Shown one piece after another: positions 46,800 through 57,981 of a DNA stretch of 64,000 bases. The notes beneath the pieces were generated by a model. It saw nothing but the letters and a program-made list of their open reading frames with translations, was not told where the DNA came from and did no database searches. Origin of the DNA: Eledone cirrhosa. Taxonomy: Eukaryota. A program made the position numbers and the translations under genes. The first letter of the stretch is position 1; every line of letters begins with the position of its first letter. Where the stretch lies: assembly GCA_964016885.1 (NCBI GenBank), contig OZ024749.1, positions 16,926,001 through 16,990,000 of the forward strand. Reading direction: 5' to 3'.

Positions 46800-47016
46800 T
46801 ATAATGGTTATTGAGGCGGTTTGTATAATAATATATTTTTATTTTATCATTCTGTCTGCTTCTTGGTTAAATATTTCAAACAAATGTGGTTTTTCAACCC
46901 TTGTAATTTTAGACACACGGTTTACTGTGTTTCTTACTATATATTATTAATCGGCTCCGTATTTTATACTTGGAGCTTAATAGTTACGGGGTTCCAATTG
47001 GAGTTTTAACTCTAAT

Positions 47017-47163
<147 letters not shown>

Positions 47164-47227
47164 GTATATGTATATATATGTATATATATATGTATATGTA
47201 TATATATATATGTATATGTATATATAT

Positions 47228-47276
47228 GTTTCAGAAGATCCCGTTAAGGGTGAAAGCAGCGATTCTTTGCTTAAAC
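47228..47276 (+). ncRNA. Hammerhead ribozyme with U4A core change
   Basis: gttt-CAGAAGA-tccc gttaa gggt-GAAA-gca...tgc-TT-aaac. Confidence 0.6.
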
Positions 47277-47342
47277 TTTAATCTGTTACTTTAATAAATA
47301 TATATATATATATTTATATATATGTATATATATATGTGTGTA

Positions 47343-47427
<85 letters not shown>

Positions 47428-47709
47428 GTATATATATATATGTATATACTTTTGCGAGGTTTTTTTATATGAAATCGTGTGTCGAAACAAATATTGTTAT
47501 ACTTGGGGAGGGTCATATTTGTGTAATATTGCCAGAATTAATAACAGAACACACTCACTGTTTGGTTGGTTTTCGCTTTTCGCTTCTGTGTCTTTTATAT
47601 CGGTAATCTAATATAATATAATATACTCGGTCCTCAATGTTGCCATTGACTGACCGACGGTCAAAAATAATACAGATACAATATAGACACAAACACATAT
47701 ATATAGTTT

Positions 47710-47751
47710 ATCATAAATCTTTCGTTGCACATCTGCAACATCGTCAGTGGT
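47710..47751 (-). ncRNA. Minimal type I hammerhead ribozyme (one stem I mismatch)
   Basis: acca-CTGACGA-tgttgca gatg tgcaac-GAAA-gatt-TA-tgat. Confidence 0.65.
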
Positions 47752-48173
47752 TCTATCGTTTCCTCCTGTTGAATTGTATGGCTACGCCATTTTTATTCAG
47801 TCTGTCTATTTATTTATTTATTTGCTTGTTTGTTTATTTTATTTTGTCTTCTTTGCGTATGCGTTTGCGTGTGTGTTGTTTGATGTGTGATGTGTGTTCG
47901 TGATTGGGTTACTAATGTGTGTTTATATGTTTGTTGTTATTGTGCTTGTGTATGTATTTATTTATTTATTTACTTATTTATTTTATTTTATTTTATTTAC
48001 TTATTTATACTTCTCTTAGGTCAGTGTTGTTTGTTTGGGTGTTGTTATTCCATTCATTCTTTCTGTTTAGTCTTGGTCTTCTAATTTCTATTTCACTGGC
48101 CTCTCTGATTTGCCTATCTGCTGGGTCATTTCTATGTTTAGATATTATTCTAATTTCTATGTTCCCACACACT

Positions 48174-48230
48174 TTTCACCTGAGGAAGGGCTTATGTCTG
48201 AAACGTCGTTTCACTCTCCAGAGCGTGAAA
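48174..48230 (+). ncRNA. Minimal type I hammerhead ribozyme
   Basis: tttcac-CTGAGGA-agggc ttat gtct-GAAA-cg-TC-gt; stem I is weak or branched. Confidence 0.65.
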
Positions 48231-48367
48231 TTAATAAACATTCGTTGTACTGCCTCTCTGTTTTGTTCCTGTTCAAATTTTTCCATTATATATATATATA
48301 TATACATATACACATATATATATACATATAAACACATATATGTACACATATATATATATATATATAT

Positions 48368-48448
<81 letters not shown>

Positions 48449-48469
48449 CACACACATATATATATATAC

Positions 48470-49043
48470 ACATGAAAGACGACAGCTGTATAAAAAAGTG
48501 CAGTGCAATAAAGATAGACGGTAGCCACGGAGTAGGCAGACCCAGAAAAACCTGGGACGACCTGATAAATTCCGACCTCACACACTTACACCTCTCCAAG
48601 ACAATGTCACTGGACCGAGATCTTTGGCGGTACTCAGTAATAGAGAAGACCCGCCTTACCTGAAATACAAAGTAAAACCTACTACAGTCAGTAGGCATCT
48701 CTAACAAAACACACCCCAATCCCCCCCCCCATCCACACCGCCCCTTTCAATGTAAAGTTATGTTGGTGCCACAACATCCAGGCCGAAACAAATGAGATCG
48801 TGTAGGTGGCACGACAAAAAAACACAGTCCACGCTGTAATGTGGCCGTGTAGGCAACACGGTAAAAACCTCCCAGTCCCACACTGTAAATGTGGTTGGTG
48901 TTAGGAAGGGCATCCAGCTGTAGAAAACCCGCCAGACAGTCCTATGCGAGCAAGACAACCACTCTTGCCTCAACTGGGAAAACTCCCGTCCAAACCCATG
49001 CAAGCGTGGAACATGAACGTTAAACGATGATGATGATGATGAT
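48470..49043 (+). mobile_element. RTE LINE 3' end with 3'UTR and (TGA)n tail
   Basis: GRPRKTW.D....D...DRDLWR C-terminus; the UTR end is repeated at 55233-55450. Confidence 0.75.
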
Positions 49044-49052
49044 ATATATATA

Positions 49053-51575
49053 CTAGCAGAAGTACCCGGCGTTGCCCGGGTGTAAGTCGACCTTTGGTCT
49101 GTTAGAATGTGTGAAAGTTACTTCCCGCGCATCACAGGTTCAAAACTTCGAACTTCAATGGAAAAAAATAGGTTAGTAGACAGGTGTGTGATTTATTAAT
49201 TGTAGTTACACAGTGTATCGTTGAAATTGTTCTCTGCACGACTGACGGAAGTCAAAATCGCTTGATATTGAATGTTCAGTTAATTTAAAGCAGGGTGAAA
49301 ATGTCGATTACTTTCAGGGTTTTTTTTTTTTTACAATTTTTGCGCTCACATGTGCAGAAGAAGAATTAAAAGGGCCTTTATCTTAACTGCGGCATAATGG
49401 CGAGTCTTTTGTGACAGTTTTCAAGAATATAGGACGTTCCTGTAAAAAGTTTTCCCATGTGTAACTTTGCCTTGTTTTTTTGCGCAAAGTCGAGCCCCGC
49501 TTCAGTTTTATTGATTTTTTTACATCAATGCAGTCATCTCTGAAGTAGATTTGAGTAGCTAAAAACCTGTCCCGGTAAATTTGCTATAGGTGAAAAAAAG
49601 TTGATCAAAATTGTATCTAGGGTTATTGCCCTTTGCCACAGCCTCAAGCCTCGTCTGACGGGATGTTGGTGATTCCTCCGTCAGCGCTTGTTGGCGACGA
49701 AGACGAACATCAGCAAGCCTTGTCGTACGTGATGTTGGTGACTCAACCAGCCGGGAAAGATGTCTATCAGCGAGTCGAGATTCGCGCTCAGCAGGTGTTT
49801 CCTAGAGAAAATTAATTAATTCTACTGCTTAGCTAAGCCAATGGCAGTGTCAATAGTAAATGAGAAAAGCCTAACATGAACAAAAGGGAATCAAGGTAAG
49901 ACAATAAATTTAATATAACTACGATTAGAATGTTGTAGTTGCTTAAAAGTGGTGACAGTTAGGATAAACGCAGTACTTGCTAACATTAAGGGAGAATATT
50001 GCATAAAGGATTAATCAATTGTGAATGAACTCATACCTGAGAAGGCCTAATTCGTTGTCTCAAAGCAATAGCTGTACCTTTTTTGGAGGTAAGTCTTGAA
50101 CGTTTCCGTGTGGGCATAACGACGTGTAACGAAGCTATTAGGTTAGAGAGAGGTGATTAAATACAGAGAGAGATGACACCAGATTCGTTAGCATGGTTAC
50201 TGGTGAATGGGAAGGTTTGGAAATATGATTACAATAACTTACCGAATTTTCCGGTCTATAAATTGCACTTAAAATAATTAAATTTAATAAAAAAACAGCT
50301 CTGCGCTTTATACTCCGGTGAGCCTTATGTATAAATAATACAATGGTAATCAATCACGGCTCTAACAGAAGTAATAGATCTAGACTAAAAGTAAAGAAGA
50401 TAGCATTTTCCTGGTTGGCCTTACACGCCGTTGCGCGGACCTGATTTTAAATGATACGCCTTATATCCTGGTGAGCCTTATAGAGCGGAAAATATCTATT
50501 GGAAAAGAAAACGAATTCATGACCAAGGTGTGACAAAATAGGCGTCTATACAGCACCTGAAAAAAACTTGTCCAAAACCCTAGGATTTTTCTCGTTAAGT
50601 ATCCACCCAAAAGGAACCGTTTTTTAGTTACAAAAAATAACCAAAGTGTATAGTAGCTATATTTCTGACATATCATGCCAAAAAGAACAATATATTCAAA
50701 AAATGTTCTAAAGTACATTCAATCTCTCTTTTTGACCGATATCTTAATAAGCAAATTATCGATTTTTTATTGGCTGTCAGTGTCTATCTGCATGCAGGTG
50801 TGCACGTGTGCGCAATTAATTGCAAATACGGTCATAACATTTAGTCGTAAGCAGAACAAAAAATGCCATTAGAGGTGGGCTAATAATGAAGACACAAACC
50901 CTGGTGAACTTACGTTTAAACACCCGAAAAGTTACTCACTTCCTGTGCAAAAGACTGTATTATAAATTAAGTAATTTTTTAGAATCTTTTGTTTAAAAAT
51001 GGAAAACATTGGTACGACGTAAATTTTTTTACTTGTATTGTATGTGTACAATACAACTTGGTCAACGTATTATTTAGTAAGTTTTTTTTCAAAAAGCATG
51101 ATTATTTAAGACTGTTTGAAAATTTACTCACAGCTTTTAGGTTCACAAAAGGCACCATTAAATTTGGTTCCCTTTTCAGATAGGGATAATACTGTATTTC
51201 CACTTGAATAAGGTGGAATATGAAAAGATAAACTCTTTAATGGTCGGTCGTTTACTGAGACAGCTGGGAAGACATGCAGCTGGCCGTCCAATCAATAACG
51301 CACGTCCTTATATGGGCATATGAAATTTATTTTTATTGCGCCAGATGTAAACTAAGAGTTCTTGTGTTCGAATTCACATAAAATTTCATTGGAATCGAAA
51401 AACATTCTGTCATAGGGCCCGATTATCGATTTTTAGAAAATTTCAAGTAGCCTATTCCACTCTACGCGTTGAGTTTTATATATGTGTGAGGTTTCATGAA
51501 AATTGGATGAACGGTGTAGCATGCAAGTTCGGTACACTAAACAATGTCCATCTTCCCTTTATATATATATATATA
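49053..51575 (-). mobile_element. Non-autonomous Helitron
   Basis: Minus-strand 3' end cccgg-gcaacg-ccggg hairpin + tacttctg-CTAG|T; 5' end tatatataaaagggaagatg merges into (TA)n; no ORF. Confidence 0.7.
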
Positions 51576-51578
51576 TAT

Positions 51579-51609
<31 letters not shown>

Positions 51610-51779
51610 CTAATATATATATATATATATATATACTAATATATATATATATATATACTAATATATATATATATATATATATACTAATATATATATATAT
51701 ATATACTAATATATATATATATATATATATATACTAATATATATATATATACTAATATATATATATATATATATACTAA

Positions 51780-52157
51780 TATAGAGTAGTGTAAATGTTA
51801 TGTGAGATATTATGTGAGGTAAAGCCCTTACTGTGAAAATACAATAGTATATATAGAGTAATGTAAATGTTATGTGAGGTAAAGTCTTTACTGGGAAAAT
51901 ACAATAGTATATATAGAGTAATGTAAATGATATGTGAGATATGTGAGGTAAAGTCTTTACTGTAAAAATACAATAGTGTATATAGAGTAATGTAAATGAT
52001 ATGTGAGATATTATGTGAGGTAAAGCCTTTACTGTGAAAATACAATAGTATATATAGAGTAATGTAAATGTTATGTGAGATATTATGTGAGGTAAAGCCT
52101 TTACTGTGAAAATACAATAGTATATATAGAGTAATGTAAATGTTATGAGGTAAAGCT
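51780..52157. repeat. ~69-bp minisatellite, ~6 units
   Basis: Repeated tatagagtaatgtaaatgttatgtgag...gtaaagcctttactgtgaaaatacaatag. Confidence 0.92.
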
Positions 52158-52479
52158 TCTTCTCTCTCTCTTTCTCACACACTTTCTCATCCTCTTTCTC
52201 TAGAAAGCCAGATCCTTTCTCAACCATGGAACCATGTATTACTTGATGTCCTGTTTAGGGGTCACAAACTGTCAGATTTCTCTGACCCAATACTTTCCCT
52301 CATCATGAAGGTAACGTCTCCCTATATTTATATCCTTGCTTTGTGTGGTTGGTGTTAGGAAGGGCCTCCAGCTATAAAATATACAACAGATCTCACCGGA
52401 GCAAAGCGCAATGGGGGCCAACTATGGCCAGACTTGACCCAGACACTGCCTCCTTCACTGTATTTATCACCAGAACTAT

Positions 52480-52865
52480 CATCATCACCATCATTTTACG
52501 TCCGCTTTTCCCTGCTTGCAAGGGTGGGATAGGAACTGATTCTGGCTTGATTTCTACAGCTGGATGCCCTTCCTAACACCAACCTTATTTACAGTGTGTG
52601 CTGGGTGCTTTTTTGCCGTGGCACCTCCACGACCACTTTACAGTGAGTGCTGGGTGCTTTTCTGCTGTAGCACCTTCACGACCACTTTACAGTGGAATGA
52701 TAGGGACCCCAGTCTTATCATCTCATTTCTACAGCTGAGTAAACTGGAGCAATGTGAAATAAAGTGTCTTGCTCAAGGAAACAACACATCACCTGGTCTG
52801 AGAATTGAACTCACAATCTTTCGATTGCAAGGCCAATGCTCTAACCACTAAGCCATGTGCTTCCA
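52480..52865 (-). mobile_element. SINE family A (paralogue of 30291-30675)
   Basis: Reverse-complement match. Confidence 0.85.
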
Positions 52866-53273
52866 TGTATATATGTATATATATATATACATAAAAGATA
52901 AAAGAAAACATGGTATGTTCACAGACAATCTATGAAGAACCGTAGACTGGAGAACTCAACAACGCTGGCCAATAAAATATGGCAGCTTAAGGACACAAAC
53001 CAGGAATATGGGAATAGCTGGTAGAAATTTAATTATCGCCCACCTCCACATCTTGTGTATATAACATAGCTATTTGTTTCCCTATATATGCCTGTGTTTA
53101 CCGTTCCTTCATAAACCAGTTCCTAGATAATGATCACAACACCGTCATCCTCAAATACCACATCCACCAGATGCTGAAGAATGCACACATCATGTTAAAA
53201 GCTGGTCAAATCCAATCAGATCAAGTCCTCATGAAGAGTCTGTTGCACAAGGTAAATAATATGTGTGTGTGTG

Positions 53274-53308
<35 letters not shown>

Positions 53309-53544
53309 CTGTGTGTATATATGTGTGTGTATATATATATGTGTGTATGTATGTCTGTGTATATATGTGTGTGTGTATGTGTGTGTCTGTGTGTATATAT
53401 ATATGTGTGTGGATATATAAGTGTGTGTGTGTAGATATATATATGTGTGTGTATATATGTGTGTGTGTATATATATATATGTGTGTGTATATATATATAT
53501 ATATGATATTAAATAAATGGAAACTATATTTATAAAACCATATT

Positions 53545-53610
53545 TATTTCGTTATATATATTTCAGGGATATCATATTAACAATATGTTATGCCGTCTTC
53601 AGACAAAATA
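53545..53610 (-). ncRNA. Type I hammerhead ribozyme
   Basis: tattttgt-CTGAAGA-cggcataacatattg...atccct-GAAA-tatata-TA-acgaaata. Confidence 0.82.
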
Positions 53611-53760
53611 CAATATAAACAGTCTTATAAATAAATAGATACGACATACCTTTCAATCACCTTGCATTTGGGAGGTTGATTTGGTACCAAATCAACCTCC
53701 CAAATGCAAGGTGATTGAAAGGTATGTCGTATCTATTTATTTATAAGACTGTTTATATTG

Positions 53761-53826
53761 TATTTTGTCTGAAGACGGCATAACATATTGTTAATATGAT
53801 ATCCCTGAAATATATATAACGAAATA
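53761..53826 (+). ncRNA. Type I hammerhead ribozyme (mirror arm)
   Basis: Same motif read on the plus strand. Confidence 0.82.
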
Positions 53827-53956
53827 AATATGGTTTTATAAATATAGTTTCCATTTATTTAATATCATAAATATACTCGAAATACTTGTTGAGTGCTTTT
53901 ATATCAGTTATAAATATTTACTCGTTGTTAACCCAACAATTTAAATATAACTTTCC

Positions 53957-54005
<49 letters not shown>

Positions 54006-54030
54006 GTTAGAGAGGTGTGTATATAATATA

Positions 54031-54219
54031 TAATTGTTTCTACTTTAAGCACAAGGCCAGCAATTACCCAGTGCATTACTGGTACTTTATTTTATCGACC
54101 CCGTAAGGATGAAAGGCAAAGTCAACCTCGGCGGGATCTGAACTCAGACCATAAAAGGACGTAACTATGCTAGAAAACATGACGTCCAACCCTCTACCGA
54201 TACTGCCAATTCACCGCCC
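54031..54219 (-). mobile_element. SINE family B (paralogue of 29320, without the duplication)
   Basis: Reverse-complement match. Confidence 0.82.
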
Positions 54220-54465
54220 TGTGTATATAATAAATAACTTCTACTTTGCAGCTGGCAGCTGTGATGTTGACAAGAATGTAGTACTCAATATATGATAGAG
54301 AGTAGCATTGAGGAAGGGGAAAATACATAATGAAAAACATACCTATATATATATACATACACACACACACATATATATATAAAAGGTAAACAGAAATAAC
54401 AACACAACCGGTACAGTATATGGAAGGGATATATTAGGTTAACGATTGATATAGCAGGAAGAGGG

Positions 54466-54501
54466 TCTTAACGTTTCGGACACTAGTCCTTCATCAGAAG
54501 A
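54466..54501 (-). ncRNA. Minimal type I hammerhead ribozyme
   Basis: tctt-CTGATGA-aggac tagt gtcc-GAAA-cg-TT-aaga. Confidence 0.78.
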
Positions 54502-54604
54502 AAGAATGAGAAATAAAATAGATTGAGGGGATGGGCGGGATGGAATTGGAAAAGATGTCTTTAGATAAAAATAACAGGTCCTTTCATGTTGATATCTCTT
54601 GCAT

Positions 54605-54897
54605 AAATATCATCTTGGTTAAGAGAGTGGGACTGGCTTTGTGCAGTGCCTTTGCTCACTATAAAAGCTTCACGGCACAGGCATTGCTTTATATCTGGAG
54701 ATCTCTCTGCACTTGTCGTCACATGGTACCATGGGCCCAGCACTGTGTCAATAATTGTCACAAGTGTAGTGTTAGTACCAGAGTTTTCAAGTCGCTGGCT
54801 GGACTAAAAAGTCACACTCGTTCAGCGCATCGGTAGGAGTTCTCCTACATGGATATAAAGTAGTGGCCGTACTCGAAAACGAGTTGGCAGCCACCAT
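54605..54897 (+). mobile_element. 3' fragment of a zinc-finger-tailed RTE
   Basis: FKSLAGLKSHTRSAH* then ggccgtactcgaaaacgagttggcagcca, similar to the tail at 60930-60968. Confidence 0.65.
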
Positions 54898-54899
54898 AT

Positions 54900-55450
54900 A
54901 GCTTAGTGGTTAGAGCATTGGCCTTGCAATCGAAAGGTTGTGAGTTCAATTCTCAGACCGGGTGATGTGTTGTTTCCTTGAGCAAGACACTTTATTTCAC
55001 ATTGCTCCAGTTTACTCAGCTGTAGAAATGAGATGATAGGGACTGGGGTCCATATCATTCCACTGCAAAGTGGTCGTGCAGGTGCCATGGCAAAAAAGCA
55101 CCCAGCACTCACTGTAAATGAGGTTGGTGTTAGGAAGGGCATCCAGCTGTAGAAATCAAGCCAGAATCAGTTCCCGTCCCACCCTTGCAAGCAGGGAAAA
55201 AGCGGACTTAAAATGAAATGATGATGAAATGATATCCACGCTGTAATGTGGCCGTGTAGGCAACACGGTAAAAACCTCCCAGCCCCACACTGTAAATGTG
55301 GTTGGTGTTAGGAAGGGCATCCAGCTGTAGAAAACCCGCCAGACAGTCCTATGCGAGCAATGACAACCACTCTTGCCTCAAGTGGGAAAACTCCCGTCCA
55401 AACCCATGCAAGCGTGGAACATGAACGTTAAACGATGATGATGATGATGA
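54900..55450 (+). mobile_element. SINE family A followed by an RTE 3'UTR fragment
   Basis: Matches 30291-30675, then 48827-49043. Confidence 0.8.
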
Positions 55451-55502
55451 TATATATATCAATGATATTATTAAATGGAAAGTATATTTATAAAACCATA
55501 TT

Positions 55503-55562
55503 TATTCTATTATAGATATTTCAAGGATACCAAAACTTTGGCACGCTCTCATCAATAAAATA
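55503..55562 (-). ncRNA. Degenerate hammerhead (family D, C3 lost)
   Basis: tattttat-TGATGA-gagcgtgccaaag...ttggtatcctt-GAAA-tatcta-TA-atagaata. Confidence 0.5.
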
Positions 55563-55794
55563 CAAAATTCCTTTTATAAATAGTGACATACCCAGGAATG
55601 ATACCTTAGCGGTTCAAGTTTCTCCTTGATAGTGAAAGGAAAGAGAGAAAAAGGGAAGAAAGTAAAAAAACAAATATTTCAAATTATTTTGATGAATATG
55701 CAGATGATAATTTACCATAAATATTACAGTATTCTCCAGTATATATATATATATGTTTCTATGTAGTTAATGTAGCAATGAAAGAGAATAATTT

Positions 55795-57239
55795 CTCCCC
55801 AATATCACAGTGGTATGTCTTCTCACTCATATAAATGTATCTGTGTTTAATTAATTCACCATTTTGAGATAATGAGATATGACTTTGTTATGGTTTCTCA
55901 CCTGTATGGGTATATTTGTGTCGAGTTAAACTACTTGAAACGGAGAATGATTTACCACAGATATCATTGATTTGGCTTGTCACCTGTGTGGGTACGTATG
56001 TGAGACATTAAGGTACCACTCTGAGAGAATGATTTACCACAGATATCACAGTGATATGGCTTCTGACCTGTATGGGTATGTATGTGAGATGTTAAGATAC
56101 CACTCTGAGAGAATGATTTACCACAGATATCACAGTGATATGGTTTCTCACCTGTATGGGTACGTTTGTGAGACGTTAGGGTACTACTCCGAGAGAATGA
56201 TTTACGACAGATATCACAGTGATATGATTTCTCTCCTGTATGGGTACGTTTGTGTCTAGTTAAGGCGGTACTATCAGAGAATGATTTACCACAGATATCA
56301 CAATGATATGGTTTGTCTCCTGTATGTGTACGTTTGTGTCTAGTTAAGTGACTACTTACAGAGAATGATTTACCACAGATATCACAATGGTATGGCTTGT
56401 CTCCTGTATGGGTACGTAAGTGTTTAGTTAATGTATCACTTCGAAGGAATGTTTTAGCACAGATATCACAGTGATATGGCTTGTCTCCTGTATGGGTACG
56501 TTTGTGACTAGTTAAGGCACTACTATCAGAGAATGATTTACCACAGATATCAGTCATATAGCTTGTCTCCTGTAAGGGTACGTATGTGTTTAGTTAATGT
56601 ATCACTTCGAAGGAATGTTTTACCACAGATATCACAGTGATATGGCTTGTTTCCTGTATGTGTACGTTTGTGAGGAGTTAAGGCACTACCATCATAGAAT
56701 GATTTACCACAGATATCACAGTGGTATGGCTTCTCACCTGTATGAGTACGTAAGTGAGATGTTAAGGTACCACTATGAGAGAATGATATACCACAGATTT
56801 CACAGTGAAATGATTTCTCTCCTGTATGGGTACGTTTGTGGCTAGTTAAGGTATTACTATGAGAGAATGATTTACCACAGATATCACAGTGATATGGTTT
56901 GTCTCCAGTATGGGTACGTTTGTGACTAGTTAAGGAACTACTTACATAGAATAATTTACCACAGATATCACAGTGATATGATTTCTCTCCTGTGTGTATA
57001 CGTTTGTGTTTAGTTAAGGTACTACCATCAGGGAATGATTTACCACAGATATCACAATATGGCGTCTCTCCTGTATGTATAACTTTGTGAATAGTTAACG
57101 TACTATGATTATTGAATGATTTACCACAGATATCAGAGTGATATGGCTGCTCTTCTCTAACCTTTGTCATTTCACCAGGAATACTAAACACTTTAGATTG
57201 TGTTTCACATTTAATCCTCTCAGTCAACATATTTTCCAT
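55795..57239 (-). pseudogene. Tandem C2H2 zinc-finger gene (~15 fingers), frameshifted at ~56553 and ~55965
   Basis: 84-bp repeats of [10 protein letters not shown]...[10 protein letters not shown] split across ORFs 56550-57239 and 55964-56557, with remnants beyond. Confidence 0.9.
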
Positions 57240-57585
57240 GATTTTTTCTTCAACAGAATATACAAATGTTTTACTTGTAATATTTACTTGTTTATATTCC
57301 TAAAAATATTTCTTCTTCTATATTTCCCTCAAATGTGATTTCAGTTTAATATCTGAAGATAATACAAACTTATGTTTCACCCAAGTTTAGTTAAAATACA
57401 AAACCATCTCACAGTGAAGAAAATAAACTCAGTTCTGAGGAAATTTTTTACAGTAATTGAACTATAGATTTATATAAACTGTTATATAAGTTCTGTTTAA
57501 AGTGTTTTAGTCTTCAAATGTTGATAAATAGAGGCGATGTATCCAAGATTGAAAATAATAATTTATCCCAATGTCATCTGATATT

Positions 57586-57605
57586 CTGAAATGAAAAAGA
57601 AACAG
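57586..57605 (-). promoter_or_regulatory. Candidate splice acceptor of the ZNF-containing exon
   Basis: Minus strand ctgtttctttttcatttcAG, ~350 nt upstream of the ATG. Confidence 0.5.
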
Positions 57606-57981
57606 TATGAGATAATACAGAATACTTTAGAAGCAGAGATAGATTTAACAGTGGAAATTTTATATTGATAAACTGTAGATATAAACTTTCCTGTCCAGAG
57701 TAATTCTCTCCACTGTAAGCACTGGTATTCAAGCAAGCTCTGTAAATTATATCCTTCTATCTCTTGGGAGGTCTGCTCTATGGCAGTTTAGTGAAAAATT
57801 CATTCTGATAGAACTTTCTAACGTAGCTATCATCTCCTCTCCTGGTGACATGTCAACACCGGTTTAACATATACATATATAAATATATACACACACACAC
57901 ACACACACATATACATATACACATATACATATATATATATATATATATATACATATATATATGTATATATATACATATATG

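Larger units (their letters stand above)
53502..53957 (+). mobile_element. Perfect 368-bp fold-back HHR element (family D) with tail
   Basis: Palindrome 53502-53869 centred on ggtacc (53685/53686), no spacer; absent from the paralogous segment at ~29700. Confidence 0.88.

Noticed and set aside
46353-47009. Duplicated 62-aa ORF in the 468-bp repeat
   Set aside because: TTG start, low complexity, no motif; identical only because the repeat is young.
51780-52157. CRISPR-like periodicity
   Set aside because: Whole units repeat with no unique spacers; eukaryotic minisatellite.
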